From Macrostomum lignano (lineage: Eukaryota): a DNA stretch of 64,000 nucleotides. The position numbers and the translations under genes are program-made. A model generated the notes under the pieces. That model made no database searches. It saw only the letters and a list, made by a program, of their open reading frames with translations, and was not told the DNA's origin. Every line of letters begins with the position of its first letter. The stretch's first letter is position 1. Shown in pieces: positions 53,186 through 62,692 of this stretch. The stretch lies in the NCBI GenBank assembly GCA_002269645.1, contig NIVC01001912.1:62001-126000 (forward strand). The letters run 5' to 3'.

Positions 53186-55325
53186 AGTTGATGAAGCTTT
53201 ATATTATATTAAAACCAATTATTATTAGGCTTAAGACTTTTAAAGTGAACCTAAGATTAAGTTAATTTATTTAATCAAATTGATAGATTTTGCCTAGGCC
53301 TTTAAGTATAATTATTTGGCTGATGCATTTGAAAAAGTTATATATATAAACTTGCCTTTTACTTTAGGCCTAGTCTCTAATATTATATATGATTATGATA
53401 TTAGGTTGATACCTGGGTTTTTTATATGCTTGGATGCATAGTTTGGATGGGAACTAGTTATTTGATGACAGGTTGACTTGGCAACAACCAATTTGGTGAC
53501 AAGTCAATTTGGCAACAGTCAGTTCGGCAACATATGAGGGGGGGGGTTGAAACAGGGCAGTAATTTGTCATCCATTGCGTTGAGTTTGCATATTTACTCT
53601 GATTCCAGAATAAGACAAAATGGTAAGTCTCACATACCACCATACATGTTTTTCCCAGAGTAAATCACACCTGCTAATGTAAAAAATGTGCCATAGAATG
53701 GTAGAGAAAGGTTGAAATTGAAATTGCATTCAGTTAAGTTAATTCAATGCTCGATTTTACATGTAATTGAGACAAAGGGACCATTGCATGGTATGCAAGA
53801 AGATACACAATGAGGTCAGGCTACTGAATCTGCAAACCAAAAGTGGTGAGCTCTTCTTGCCTGATAATCGTGACATCAATATTGACATTGACAGCTGCCG
53901 AGTGCTTTGAGGCTAAAATAGAAGTTCAGCTAGTGATTGAAAGGTTGCACAAGGCATAAGACACAATTTGCCTTGGATCGGCTGGTAATTAAAGAGTGTG
54001 CCATAGACAATGTCATCCAACACACAGCCAAGAAAACTGCCAGATTGAAACAACAGGCAGAGCATGCTTTGCTTGTTCATCTCCCCAATGTTCCAAAAAA
54101 GAAAAAAAAATTGACAACTCACTACACTTGTACTATGACTACTATGCTATTGAACACTGAACATTGAAAAGTTGTCATTCCAATTATTATTCAGTATCTT
54201 TACTAGTTATCACTTTGGTATTTCTAAGTGGGATTGGTTTCCAACTGTTATTGTTGGCATTTATCATTGGTGTTACAATATATTAGTAATACCTATGATG
54301 AAAATGCCCTGTGTTTTTTTTATCAACATTCTTTGTCCCAATGCTTAGTGGCAACACATGGTACATGATATACAATGGTACAAGTACTATATGACAATTC
54401 AATTCTATGTGCAGGCATCTCCAAAAAACAGTATACTCATCTTAAAGTCTGTTGCTTCATTTGACTAGAAATGCAAACAATGCAATCAACAAATACAGGC
54501 AGCAAAGAGAAGTAGAAAAAATGCACTTAATCTGAGTCCAAGACTCCAAGGGGGTGTATACATCTCTTTGAAAATGTTATTCAGCATGATTAAAACAAAA
54601 TTACCTTACTTGAATGGCAAGGACTATAATAGCAATATTTTAAAATTTAATTAGTGTCATATATAGCTTTCTATATATGACATTATATTTATTACTTCAG
54701 TATACTTAAGCTTTCTATATACTTTAGCATTAGCCAAATTGGCTATTGCCAAATTGACTTGTTGCCAAATTGGTTATTGCCTAATTAACTGCAAGCTATT
54801 TGGATCATGTATTAGTATATACCAGGTCTAATTCTAGAGACAGTATTATAAGACAACAATATTATAAGACCTTGTTTGTCCATTAGATCTAAAAAAATAT
54901 GTCATTGATATAGTCCATAGACATAATGTTTCCACTGTGTCATGTATAATATACTAGGTAACTAGGTTATATCACTTTTATGCTAATTTATACCAAAAAA
55001 TGGCAAGTACCCCAATATATGCATATGTATGTCACCTAAACTCATATGCAAAGTATGCAGATATCCCCTGAATTTTGAAATTGCATCCTAAAACTAAAAG
55101 TAGGCCTAGGTGCATTTTAGGTATAGTCTCATTACCTATTTTTCCTTTTTAATATTTATCATAGCAGGAAGTTTTAATATATAAAATGATAAATGAGGTT
55201 AAGGCAATTATTTGGATAGGCTACAAGAAATGATAGCATAACTATGGTTTCGTTTGTTATATTATTTTTTGTTTGTCTGTTTGTCTGTTAGCTGGTGTTG
55301 TCTGTTTTGTTGTGCAGCATTGAAA

Positions 55326-55662
55326 TGTAATAGTGCTCAATTTGCGTGCGCGTGCACTTCTAGTGTTTTCTCCGTATTTCTTTCTGCGTCACCCCACCCC
55401 TGCGTATAGCCTTTTCTAGAAATTTCTTTTTGTTTCTGATTGGCTGAAAACGCGTGAATAACGAGCCCCAACCAATAGAGTGCTTAGTGCCTACCCTATC
55501 GGCGAAATCCGATTGGTTAGGATTTTCTAAGCTGCGTTTTTCACCCTGCCCTCCCCCATCGCGGTCAGTCTATTTAATCAAGCAAGCTGGAACGCAAATA
55601 AATCAAGTTTTTCTCTGACTAAAGAAGTCCCGGCAGTTAAAACTCAAGAATACGCGGCTACA
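55326..55662 (+). repeat. 5' LTR (337 bp)
   Basis: TGTAATAG...GGCTACA; contains CCAAT/ATTGG boxes, TATTTAAT and AATAAA. Confidence 0.97.
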
Positions 55663-55663
55663 T

Positions 55664-55674
55664 TGGCGACCACG
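55664..55674 (+). other. Primer-binding site TGGCGACCACG
   Basis: Begins 2 nt after the LTR. Its complement CGTGGTCG-CCA fits a tRNA 3' end, possibly Arg-type with a GACCACG acceptor stem (inference). Confidence 0.75.
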
Positions 55675-55686
55675 CCAGTTTTCCAC

Positions 55687-56622
55687 ATGTGGAATAACGA
55701 CGACTACCTGGAACTACGTGGACGTCTCGTCGGACGACGGCGCAACGCAGGCGACGAGGCAGCTTCCGTTTCTACAGAGTCTACGAACGCGTCCAACCCC
55801 TTCGTGTCGATGACCACAGTCAGCGAAGCCACAAATCCCTTCCTCGTTGCCAACGACCTTCAGAGGGCACACTCGGCGGAAGTCTCAACCAACCCGTTCC
55901 TTGAAGACATCGACCAAGCGTCAGGGCAGGCCTCAGCAATGCAGCAGTACGCCTATCCTCCAGCTCACGGATACGCAGCGCTGCCAGACTACAATCCAGT
56001 ACCGGCTCTTCCGCCAGTACCTAAGCCTGCACCGTACAACGGTCGGGAGGATTTCGACGACTTTCTCATCAGGATCAGCGCCTATATTAGCCGGTTCCCA
56101 GGCCTTCGAGACGCCGACAAGATCAACACCCTGACTGCGTTCCTCGGACCGGCTTTTGCAACGTACACCACCTGGCTGGCGATCCAGTGTGCCTACGTCG
56201 GACTGCCACCGGGGACAACCCTGGACCAGCTACCTGGTGTCCGCTATGAGGGCCTCGTTGAACACCTCCGGTCTCGTCACGGCGGGGCCAAGAGTGCAGC
56301 GTTACTTCGCCGCGAGTTCCGTGCTCGGCAGCGTCGACCAGAGGAGAGCTTCGAAACGTACCTGACGGAGCTTCAACGGCTAGCTGCAAGGGCATACCCG
56401 GACCCAAGAGCTCAGGCTTACGTCCAACAGACAGTTAGCGAGCAGTTCATGCATGGTCTCAATGACGGCTACGTCACCGAGCGACTACTGAATCAACCAA
56501 CACCACCAAGCACTGTGGAGCAGGTTCTACGAATAGCCCAGCAGCTTCGAGAAACCCGGGCCTACATGGATGCTGGCCGTGGCGAAATCCAGCCCCAGCA
56601 ACCGAGACCACCACAGAGCTAA
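55687..56622 (+). CDS. gag: Gag (311 aa to TAA); same frame continues to 56811 with a CCHC zinc knuckle
   Basis: PAPYNGREDFDDFL and RQRRPEESFETYLTELQRLAARAYP are gag-type motifs; CFGCGQPGHIRRNC lies after the TAA. Confidence 0.85.
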   Translation: MWNNDDYLELRGRLVGRRRNAGDEAASVSTESTNASNPFVSMTTVSEATNPFLVANDLQRAHSAEVSTNPFLEDIDQASGQASAMQQYAYPPAHGYAALPDYNPVPALPPVPKPAPYNGREDFDDFLIRISAYISRFPGLRDADKINTLTAFLGPAFATYTTWLAIQCAYVGLPPGTTLDQLPGVRYEGLVEHLRSRHGGAKSAALLRREFRARQRRPEESFETYLTELQRLAARAYPDPRAQAYVQQTVSEQFMHGLNDGYVTERLLNQPTPPSTVEQVLRIAQQLRETRAYMDAGRGEIQPQQPRPPQS

Positions 56623-56753
56623 CTTTCAGCGCCACCGAAACCACTGATGCCTCAGCAGCCTGCCTCATCTGGCGGTCGAGGACAGCAACGACAGCAATCA
56701 CCGGCTAGTTCCAACTGTTTCGGCTGCGGTCAGCCGGGCCACATCCGACGCAA

Positions 56754-59700
56754 TTGCCCAAACGCCGAGGGGGCTGGTTCACGAGGCCAGCACCGGCCCT
56801 CTCAGCACTAACGCATTCGGCCTCAACACCACGCCTCAGCAGCTGCCAGCCTGGCCAGGTGCGCTTCGTCACAGCGCGCATCCTTAGACGACGGCGCCAC
56901 TGTCTGATCGACACCGGGGCAGAGGTGTCCTGCATCAGCGATGACATATGTAAGAAAGCTAGGCGGCGGCTGCAGCCCAGCAGCATCATCATAAGAGGCG
57001 TGGATGGCAACCTACAGTCTGTGCTGGGCGAGACTACTTTGGCAGTGACTCTGGGAACCGTACAAGTCCATCATCGTTTCGTCGTACTCGAGAAGCTTCA
57101 CCCGACGTCCGTCATCCTGGGCTGTGACTTCCTCAGTGAACACGACGTCTCGGTCCATCTCCAAGCCGGTTGCATCACTTTCAACAGCCTAGGCGTGTCG
57201 ATTCCAGCTCGAAAAAGTAAAGAGGCAGCACAGACCTGCAAGCTCGTATCAGCGGCCTCCGTGCAGCTGCAGCCAGGGGAGCGCTGGATAATCCCCGTTA
57301 AACCAGCAAAGTCGGCCTCGTGGACGCGATCGGAGTGTCCAGGAGTCGTCACCGGCACAAGATCACAGGGGCTCCTGGTGGGTCGTTGTGTTGCCAAGCT
57401 GGTCGAGAGAGGCATGGGCCTAGCAGTCATCAACGTCGACGACCACACGGTCAACATCAGCGACGGCGACATTGTTGGCATCTTTTCCCCGCTAGGAAGT
57501 CAGCCATTCGTTCAGCAATCGGGTGCCGCTGGCAGCACGGCGGCGACGGCCGCTGGCAGCACGGCGGCGACGGCCGCTGGCAGCACGGCGGCGACGGCCA
57601 CTGGCAGCACGGCGGCGACGGCCACTGGCAGCACGGCGGCGACGGCCGCTGGCAGCACGGCGGCGACGGCCGCTGGCAGCACGGCGGCGACGGCCGCTGG
57701 CAGCACGGCGGCGACGGTCGCGGTCAGCACGGCTACATCAACAACAGCTTTAGCGACGGACTTACCTCGCACCAACTGGCTGAACGACGTGCACATCGAA
57801 AGCTCTATCTCCGTCGAAGAGCAACAGTCGGTCAAGGATTTGCTGTTAGAGTTCAGCACCGTTTTTGCATCCCCTGGCAATGCTGGTCGAACTGCAGTCC
57901 TGCAGCATCGCATCGACACCGGCGGGGCAAGGCCGATCCGGCAGGGTTTGCGGCGTGCAGCGCGTCCAGTCATCGACAAGCAGGCCGAATTGATCGACGA
58001 CATGCTGACCAAAGGAGTAATCCGGCCGTCTTCATCGCCTTGGGCTTCGCCAATCGTGCTTGTTCGTAAGAAGGACGGGACAGCGCGCTTTTGCTTAGAC
58101 TATCGACTGCTCAATGAGGTCACCAAGCCGGACGCTTTTCCAATTCCGAGGATCGACGACACACTCGATGCGCTGCAAGGCAACGCCTACTTCTCGGCAC
58201 TCGATCTGGAGAGTGGCTACTGGCAGGTTGAGGTCGAGGAGCGCGACAAAGAGAAAACTGCTTTCATCTGCCATCAAGGCCTCTTCGAGTTCAACGTCAT
58301 GCCGTTTGGTCTGCGCAATGCCCCGGCAACCTTTCAACGCCTCATGCAGCTGGTGCTCCAAGGCCTGACCTGGCAAGCGTGCCTGGTCTTCATCGACGAC
58401 GTTATTGTCATGGGCCGGACTATCGAGGAGCACAACTATCGGCTGCGGGCGGTGTTCGAGCGGCTGCGGGACGCGAACCTACGCTTGAAGCCATCTAAAT
58501 GCCATTTCGCCAACACCACGATGATCGTCTTGGGCCATCGAGTTTCCAAGTCGGGTATCACCGTCGACGAGTCAAAGACTGCTGCGATCCGAGACTGGCC
58601 TACACCCCGAACTTCCAAGGAGGTCAAGAGCTTCCTAGGTCTCGCAGCCTACTATAGACGGTTCATTCGGGATTATTCAAAGATCGCCGAGCCGCTACGA
58701 CGCCTGACGGTTCCGACAGAAAGGTTTCAGTGGACGTCCAAGGCCCAAGAAGCATTCGACCAACTGAAGGCAACACTGACCTCTGCTCCAATCCTCGCCT
58801 TCCCGGATACTAGTGCGACCAGCTCGGAGTTCATTCTGGACACTGACGCCAGCGACTGCGCCATTGGTGCGGTACTCTCTCAACTGCAGGCGGGCGAAGA
58901 ACGAGTCATCGCGTACTCCAGCAGAGCACTAACAAAAGCCGAGCGCAACTACTGTGTAACGAGGCGGGAGCTGCTGTCCGTCGTTGAGCATGTCAGGAAG
59001 TTCCGGAATTACCTGCTGCCTCGGAAGTTCACCGTGCGGGTCGATCATCAGTCTCTAACGCACCTGCTGACATTCAAGGAGCCCGAAGGTCAACTCGCGC
59101 GGTGGCTGCAGACGCTAGACGAGTTCGACTTCAGAGTACTCTATCGGCCGGGCCGTCAACACAACAACGCCGATGCGCTGTCCCGTCAGCAGCAGCGCTG
59201 TACCAACCAGTGTCGGGTGTGTCGACCAACAAATGAGACCACCAGCAGGACGACATCCTCGGTTGCCTGCCAGACCGACGCCAACAGTGATGCCGCCGCT
59301 GCCGCCCAGATCAACGCAGCGACCATCAAGCTAGTGTCGACGGCTACCGACGAAGCTGTTCAGACCGACAATGTGCATGTCTGCGTCGGCACCGTGCCAT
59401 CAAGGCGCAAGCAAATCCATCAGCCCCGGTCGGACGACAGCGAAGAAAGCAGCAGCAGCGAGGACGACACCAACGAAGATGAATCCGCAGCGCCAGCGGC
59501 AGACAACAGGCCACCGACGCTACGTATGCTTCAGCTGCAGGATCCGGTTATCAGTCCGGTGTTCCGACTGCTGGCCGACGGCAAGACTAGGTTTACCGAC
59601 CGACAACGCGACCGAGTACCGCCGGAGAGCCTGGTGCTGGCGCAGAAGGTGCATGACTTGTGTTTCGTGAACGGTACACTGCACAGGCTGGTCAACACAA

Positions 59701-60869
59701 AGCCAGTACCCGTCATTCCCCGCTGCCGACAACGCGAATTTGTCGACGAGATTCACAACGTCGGCCACCTGGGCGAAGTCAAGACGCTGGCCAGCCTAAA
59801 GACGCGTTGCTACTGGCCAAAAATGTCGGAGAGCGTCCGGTTGGCCGTTCGGTCATGCCAGGTTTGCCAGCGGGCAAAGACTCCGGTTATCAAGCGGGCG
59901 CCGCTACAGTCCATCACTGCAGGGTTTCCAATGCAGCGTGTCGGGTTCGACATTGTCAAGGTCGGCGCTTCCAGAAACGGCAACGATCGGATCCTGAGCA
60001 TCGTCGACTACTTCAGCAAGTGGACGGAGCTGGTGCCGATTCCGGACGAGAAGGCGACGACAATTGCCAAGGCCCTCTTCAACAACTGGATCTCCAGGTG
60101 GGGTGCTCCGCATATTCTCCACTCCGACCGCGGCAAGAGCATCGATGGCCGCATCATTCGCAGTCTCTGTACACTATTGGAGGTCGACAAGACTCGAACG
60201 TCGGGCTATCATCCTCAATGTGACGGCCTCGTGGAGAGATTTCATCGGACACTCCATCAGATGTTGCGCTGCCACCTTCAAACTGTCGATCCGCTGGACT
60301 GGGAGGACGCCCTGCCGTACTGTCTCCTAGCCTATCGAAGCAGCATCAGCGCGACGACCGGATTTTCCCCACATTTCCTGATGACGGGCCGGGAGGTGGT
60401 TCTGCCATTGGACGTTGTCTATCGGTCCCCAGAGCCTCCATCCGTCGTCGGCCAGTACGCAGTAGAGACCATTCAACGACTGCAGGACGCCTTTGACGCT
60501 GTGCGGAGGTCAACTGGCGCGGCTCAACGACGGCAGAAGCGGTACTACGATCTGAAAGCCCAGAAGCGCAAGTTTCGCACCGGCGATCTAGTGTGGCTGT
60601 TCGTTCCGCCTGCTGTGCTGTCCAGGACCAACTGTCTGCCTCCGAAGCATCAATCACCGTGGACAGGCCCATTTAAAGTCATGCGCAAGACATCACCTGT
60701 CAACTACTTGGTGCGGCCGATCAATTACACGGACGGGGAGATCAAGGGGCGCGTCGTGCATGTCAACAAGTTGAAGCGAGCGTGTCTGCAACGGACCCAG
60801 TCTGCTCAGCGTGCTGATCAGGACGCCAGTAGTGACGATGAAGGGCAACTTGTTGACGCTGAGGACTGA
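56754..60869 (+). CDS. pol: Pol polyprotein (protease, RT, RNase H, integrase)
   Basis: LIDTGA; PWASPIVLVRKKDG..FCLDYR..N; MPFGLRNAPATFQR; FIDD; LDTDASDCAIGAVL; ELL; NADALSR; H..H...C..C; FD/HSDRG/VERF; GPFKV. In the -1 frame relative to gag. Confidence 0.97.
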   Translation: MPKRRGGWFTRPAPALSALTHSASTPRLSSCQPGQVRFVTARILRRRRHCLIDTGAEVSCISDDICKKARRRLQPSSIIIRGVDGNLQSVLGETTLAVTLGTVQVHHRFVVLEKLHPTSVILGCDFLSEHDVSVHLQAGCITFNSLGVSIPARKSKEAAQTCKLVSAASVQLQPGERWIIPVKPAKSASWTRSECPGVVTGTRSQGLLVGRCVAKLVERGMGLAVINVDDHTVNISDGDIVGIFSPLGSQPFVQQSGAAGSTAATAAGSTAATAAGSTAATATGSTAATATGSTAATAAGSTAATAAGSTAATAAGSTAATVAVSTATSTTALATDLPRTNWLNDVHIESSISVEEQQSVKDLLLEFSTVFASPGNAGRTAVLQHRIDTGGARPIRQGLRRAARPVIDKQAELIDDMLTKGVIRPSSSPWASPIVLVRKKDGTARFCLDYRLLNEVTKPDAFPIPRIDDTLDALQGNAYFSALDLESGYWQVEVEERDKEKTAFICHQGLFEFNVMPFGLRNAPATFQRLMQLVLQGLTWQACLVFIDDVIVMGRTIEEHNYRLRAVFERLRDANLRLKPSKCHFANTTMIVLGHRVSKSGITVDESKTAAIRDWPTPRTSKEVKSFLGLAAYYRRFIRDYSKIAEPLRRLTVPTERFQWTSKAQEAFDQLKATLTSAPILAFPDTSATSSEFILDTDASDCAIGAVLSQLQAGEERVIAYSSRALTKAERNYCVTRRELLSVVEHVRKFRNYLLPRKFTVRVDHQSLTHLLTFKEPEGQLARWLQTLDEFDFRVLYRPGRQHNNADALSRQQQRCTNQCRVCRPTNETTSRTTSSVACQTDANSDAAAAAQINAATIKLVSTATDEAVQTDNVHVCVGTVPSRRKQIHQPRSDDSEESSSSEDDTNEDESAAPAADNRPPTLRMLQLQDPVISPVFRLLADGKTRFTDRQRDRVPPESLVLAQKVHDLCFVNGTLHRLVNTKPVPVIPRCRQREFVDEIHNVGHLGEVKTLASLKTRCYWPKMSESVRLAVRSCQVCQRAKTPVIKRAPLQSITAGFPMQRVGFDIVKVGASRNGNDRILSIVDYFSKWTELVPIPDEKATTIAKALFNNWISRWGAPHILHSDRGKSIDGRIIRSLCTLLEVDKTRTSGYHPQCDGLVERFHRTLHQMLRCHLQTVDPLDWEDALPYCLLAYRSSISATTGFSPHFLMTGREVVLPLDVVYRSPEPPSVVGQYAVETIQRLQDAFDAVRRSTGAAQRRQKRYYDLKAQKRKFRTGDLVWLFVPPAVLSRTNCLPPKHQSPWTGPFKVMRKTSPVNYLVRPINYTDGEIKGRVVHVNKLKRACLQRTQSAQRADQDASSDDEGQLVDAED
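57525..57716 (+). repeat. In-frame 24-bp tandem repeat x8 in pol (AAGSTAAT)
   Basis: GCCGCTGGCAGCACGGCGGCGACG x8; copies 4-5 carry GCCACT. Confidence 0.96.
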
Positions 60870-61111
60870 CTAACGCACGTTGAGGACTGACTGACTGGTT
60901 GTAGCCAGCAGTTTTGCTTTATAGGTCGTAGGTCTAGAACTTTTTAATAGCGTCTATCTATTAGCTTAGTAATCCTGATTTAGATTTAATTGTTCGAAAC
61001 CCGGTTATCTCGAATTGTTCTATTTGCTACAGCTGGTTCTGTTCTTCCCTATTGGAGTAGCTTTCATCTGTCGTTTCCACCCCTTGGGTTTAATGAGGAC
61101 ATTAAACTGTT

Positions 61112-61121
61112 GAAAGGGGAG
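61112..61121 (+). other. Polypurine tract GAAAGGGGAG
   Basis: 4 nt upstream of the 3' LTR. Confidence 0.85.
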
Positions 61122-61125
61122 CTTT

Positions 61126-61462
61126 TGTAATAGTGCTCAATTTGCGTGCGCGTGCACTTCTAGTGTTTTCTCCGTATTTCTTTCTGCGTCACCCCACCCC
61201 TGCGTATAGCCTTTTCTAGAAATTTCTTTTTGTTTCTGATTGGCTGAAAACGCGTGAATAACGAGCCCCAACCAATAGAGTGCTTAGTGCCTACCCTATC
61301 GGCGAAATCCGATTGGTTAGGATTTTCTAAGCTGCGTTTTTCACCCTGCCCTCCCCCATCGCGGTCAGTCTATTTAATCAAGCAAGCTGGAACGCAAATA
61401 AATCAAGTTTTTCTCTGACTAAAGAAGTCCCGGCAGTTAAAACTCAAGAATACGCGGCTACA
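61126..61462 (+). repeat. 3' LTR (337 bp)
   Basis: No differences from the 5' LTR on reading. Confidence 0.97.
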
Positions 61463-61917
61463 GAAAGTCTATTCTAAAAAATGAGCATTTTAAAATACTT
61501 TATTAATATTAGTATAACAAAAAACTATCAACTGTACGCCATGGGTAAAATAATATTATTTGTATTACAAGCTACTCTATTATATGGAAAATTTATTTTA
61601 TTTTTTATTTTACTGTAGCGACGTCTCACTTAGTACAAAAAACTTCTCTAGATAGCCATAGATAGAAAGCTATGCTAACTAGGCTGTCACGAGGAGGTTA
61701 ATTAGGCGCCGGTAGATCAATATAATTTTTGACGTGAGGCAAACTATCTTAGCCTCTTCAAAATCGTTACCGTAGATCATGATCCTACTATATCGGGGGG
61801 GGGGGGTCATAACCTAAATTCCGCATCGCTGAAAGACGGAATCTTTCGGAAGCTCGAATTTTTATATCATGTCAAAAACTCTTGCTTCTGCACCAGCTAC
61901 AAACATGTATAACAACT

Positions 61918-62196
61918 CAGACGTTCGGAATGGGAGATGGTGGCGGGTCGTGCCCCCCCCCACCCGCCCGCTACTTTTTAAATTTTGGTGGTCATGCGCG
62001 CAGCAAGTTTACCATATGCACCCCCACTTTTTGAGCGACCCTTGACACATTTTCATGCCTGATCGATTAGATATATATTTTTTAATTACACTGTACATCT
62101 CTGACTTTATCTATGACTATTGCGCTACCCCCCGGTCGTTAACAGAATTGTTGTCTACCCCATCCCCTCACTTTTTAAAACGTTCCGACGCTTATG
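61918..62196. mobile_element. Putative hAT-type MITE (family C), degenerate
   Basis: Ends CAGACGTTCGGAAT / GTTCCGACGCTTATG; flanks TAACAACT / AAACAACT (7 of 8 match). Confidence 0.6.
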
Positions 62197-62509
62197 AAAC
62201 AACTTAAACGAATTTGATGGATCATGTGAAATTTAGAGCTTATGCGCATATGAAGTCAAATTTTGCTATCGTCGTGAAAAGTATGAAAAATACTTTTCGA
62301 CGATTTGTAGTTTTCGAACTAGTGAAACTGACTAAAAATTTGTCTTTTGTCCTTTTCTCTGGTGGGGAGTATAAGGTCAGCCGATCCCTTGAGCAAATTG
62401 ACTCCCCTTGGATCCGCGCTAGTGTCGTCCTCGATCTGGTTCCAATGCAAAAATTGGCAAAAATTAAAGTATACCCTGCTGAGTCACCTTGACATACGGG
62501 AGCACGAGA

Positions 62510-62692
62510 CAGTAGCGGATCCAGAAAATTTTGAACGGGGGGCGCAGACTACTAATTAAGGCTCATATATATATGCATATCATGTACAAGTATATGTACA
62601 TGATAATGTGTATTTTCAGTAGGCCTATAAAAAAATCGAACTCAACGGGGGGGGGGGCGTGCCCTGTGCGCCCCCCTCTAAATCCGCCATTG
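62510..62692. mobile_element. hAT-type MITE (family B), 183 bp
   Basis: TIRs CAGTAGCGGAT / ATCCGCCATTG; perfect 8-bp TSD GCACGAGA (62502-62509 / 62693-62700). Confidence 0.85.

Larger units (their letters stand above)
55326..61462 (+). mobile_element. Full-length Ty3/gypsy LTR retrotransposon
   Basis: Two 337-bp TG...CA LTRs, 4-bp TSD GAAA (55322-55325 / 61463-61466), PBS, PPT, gag, and pol in PR-RT-RH-IN order. Confidence 0.98.
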
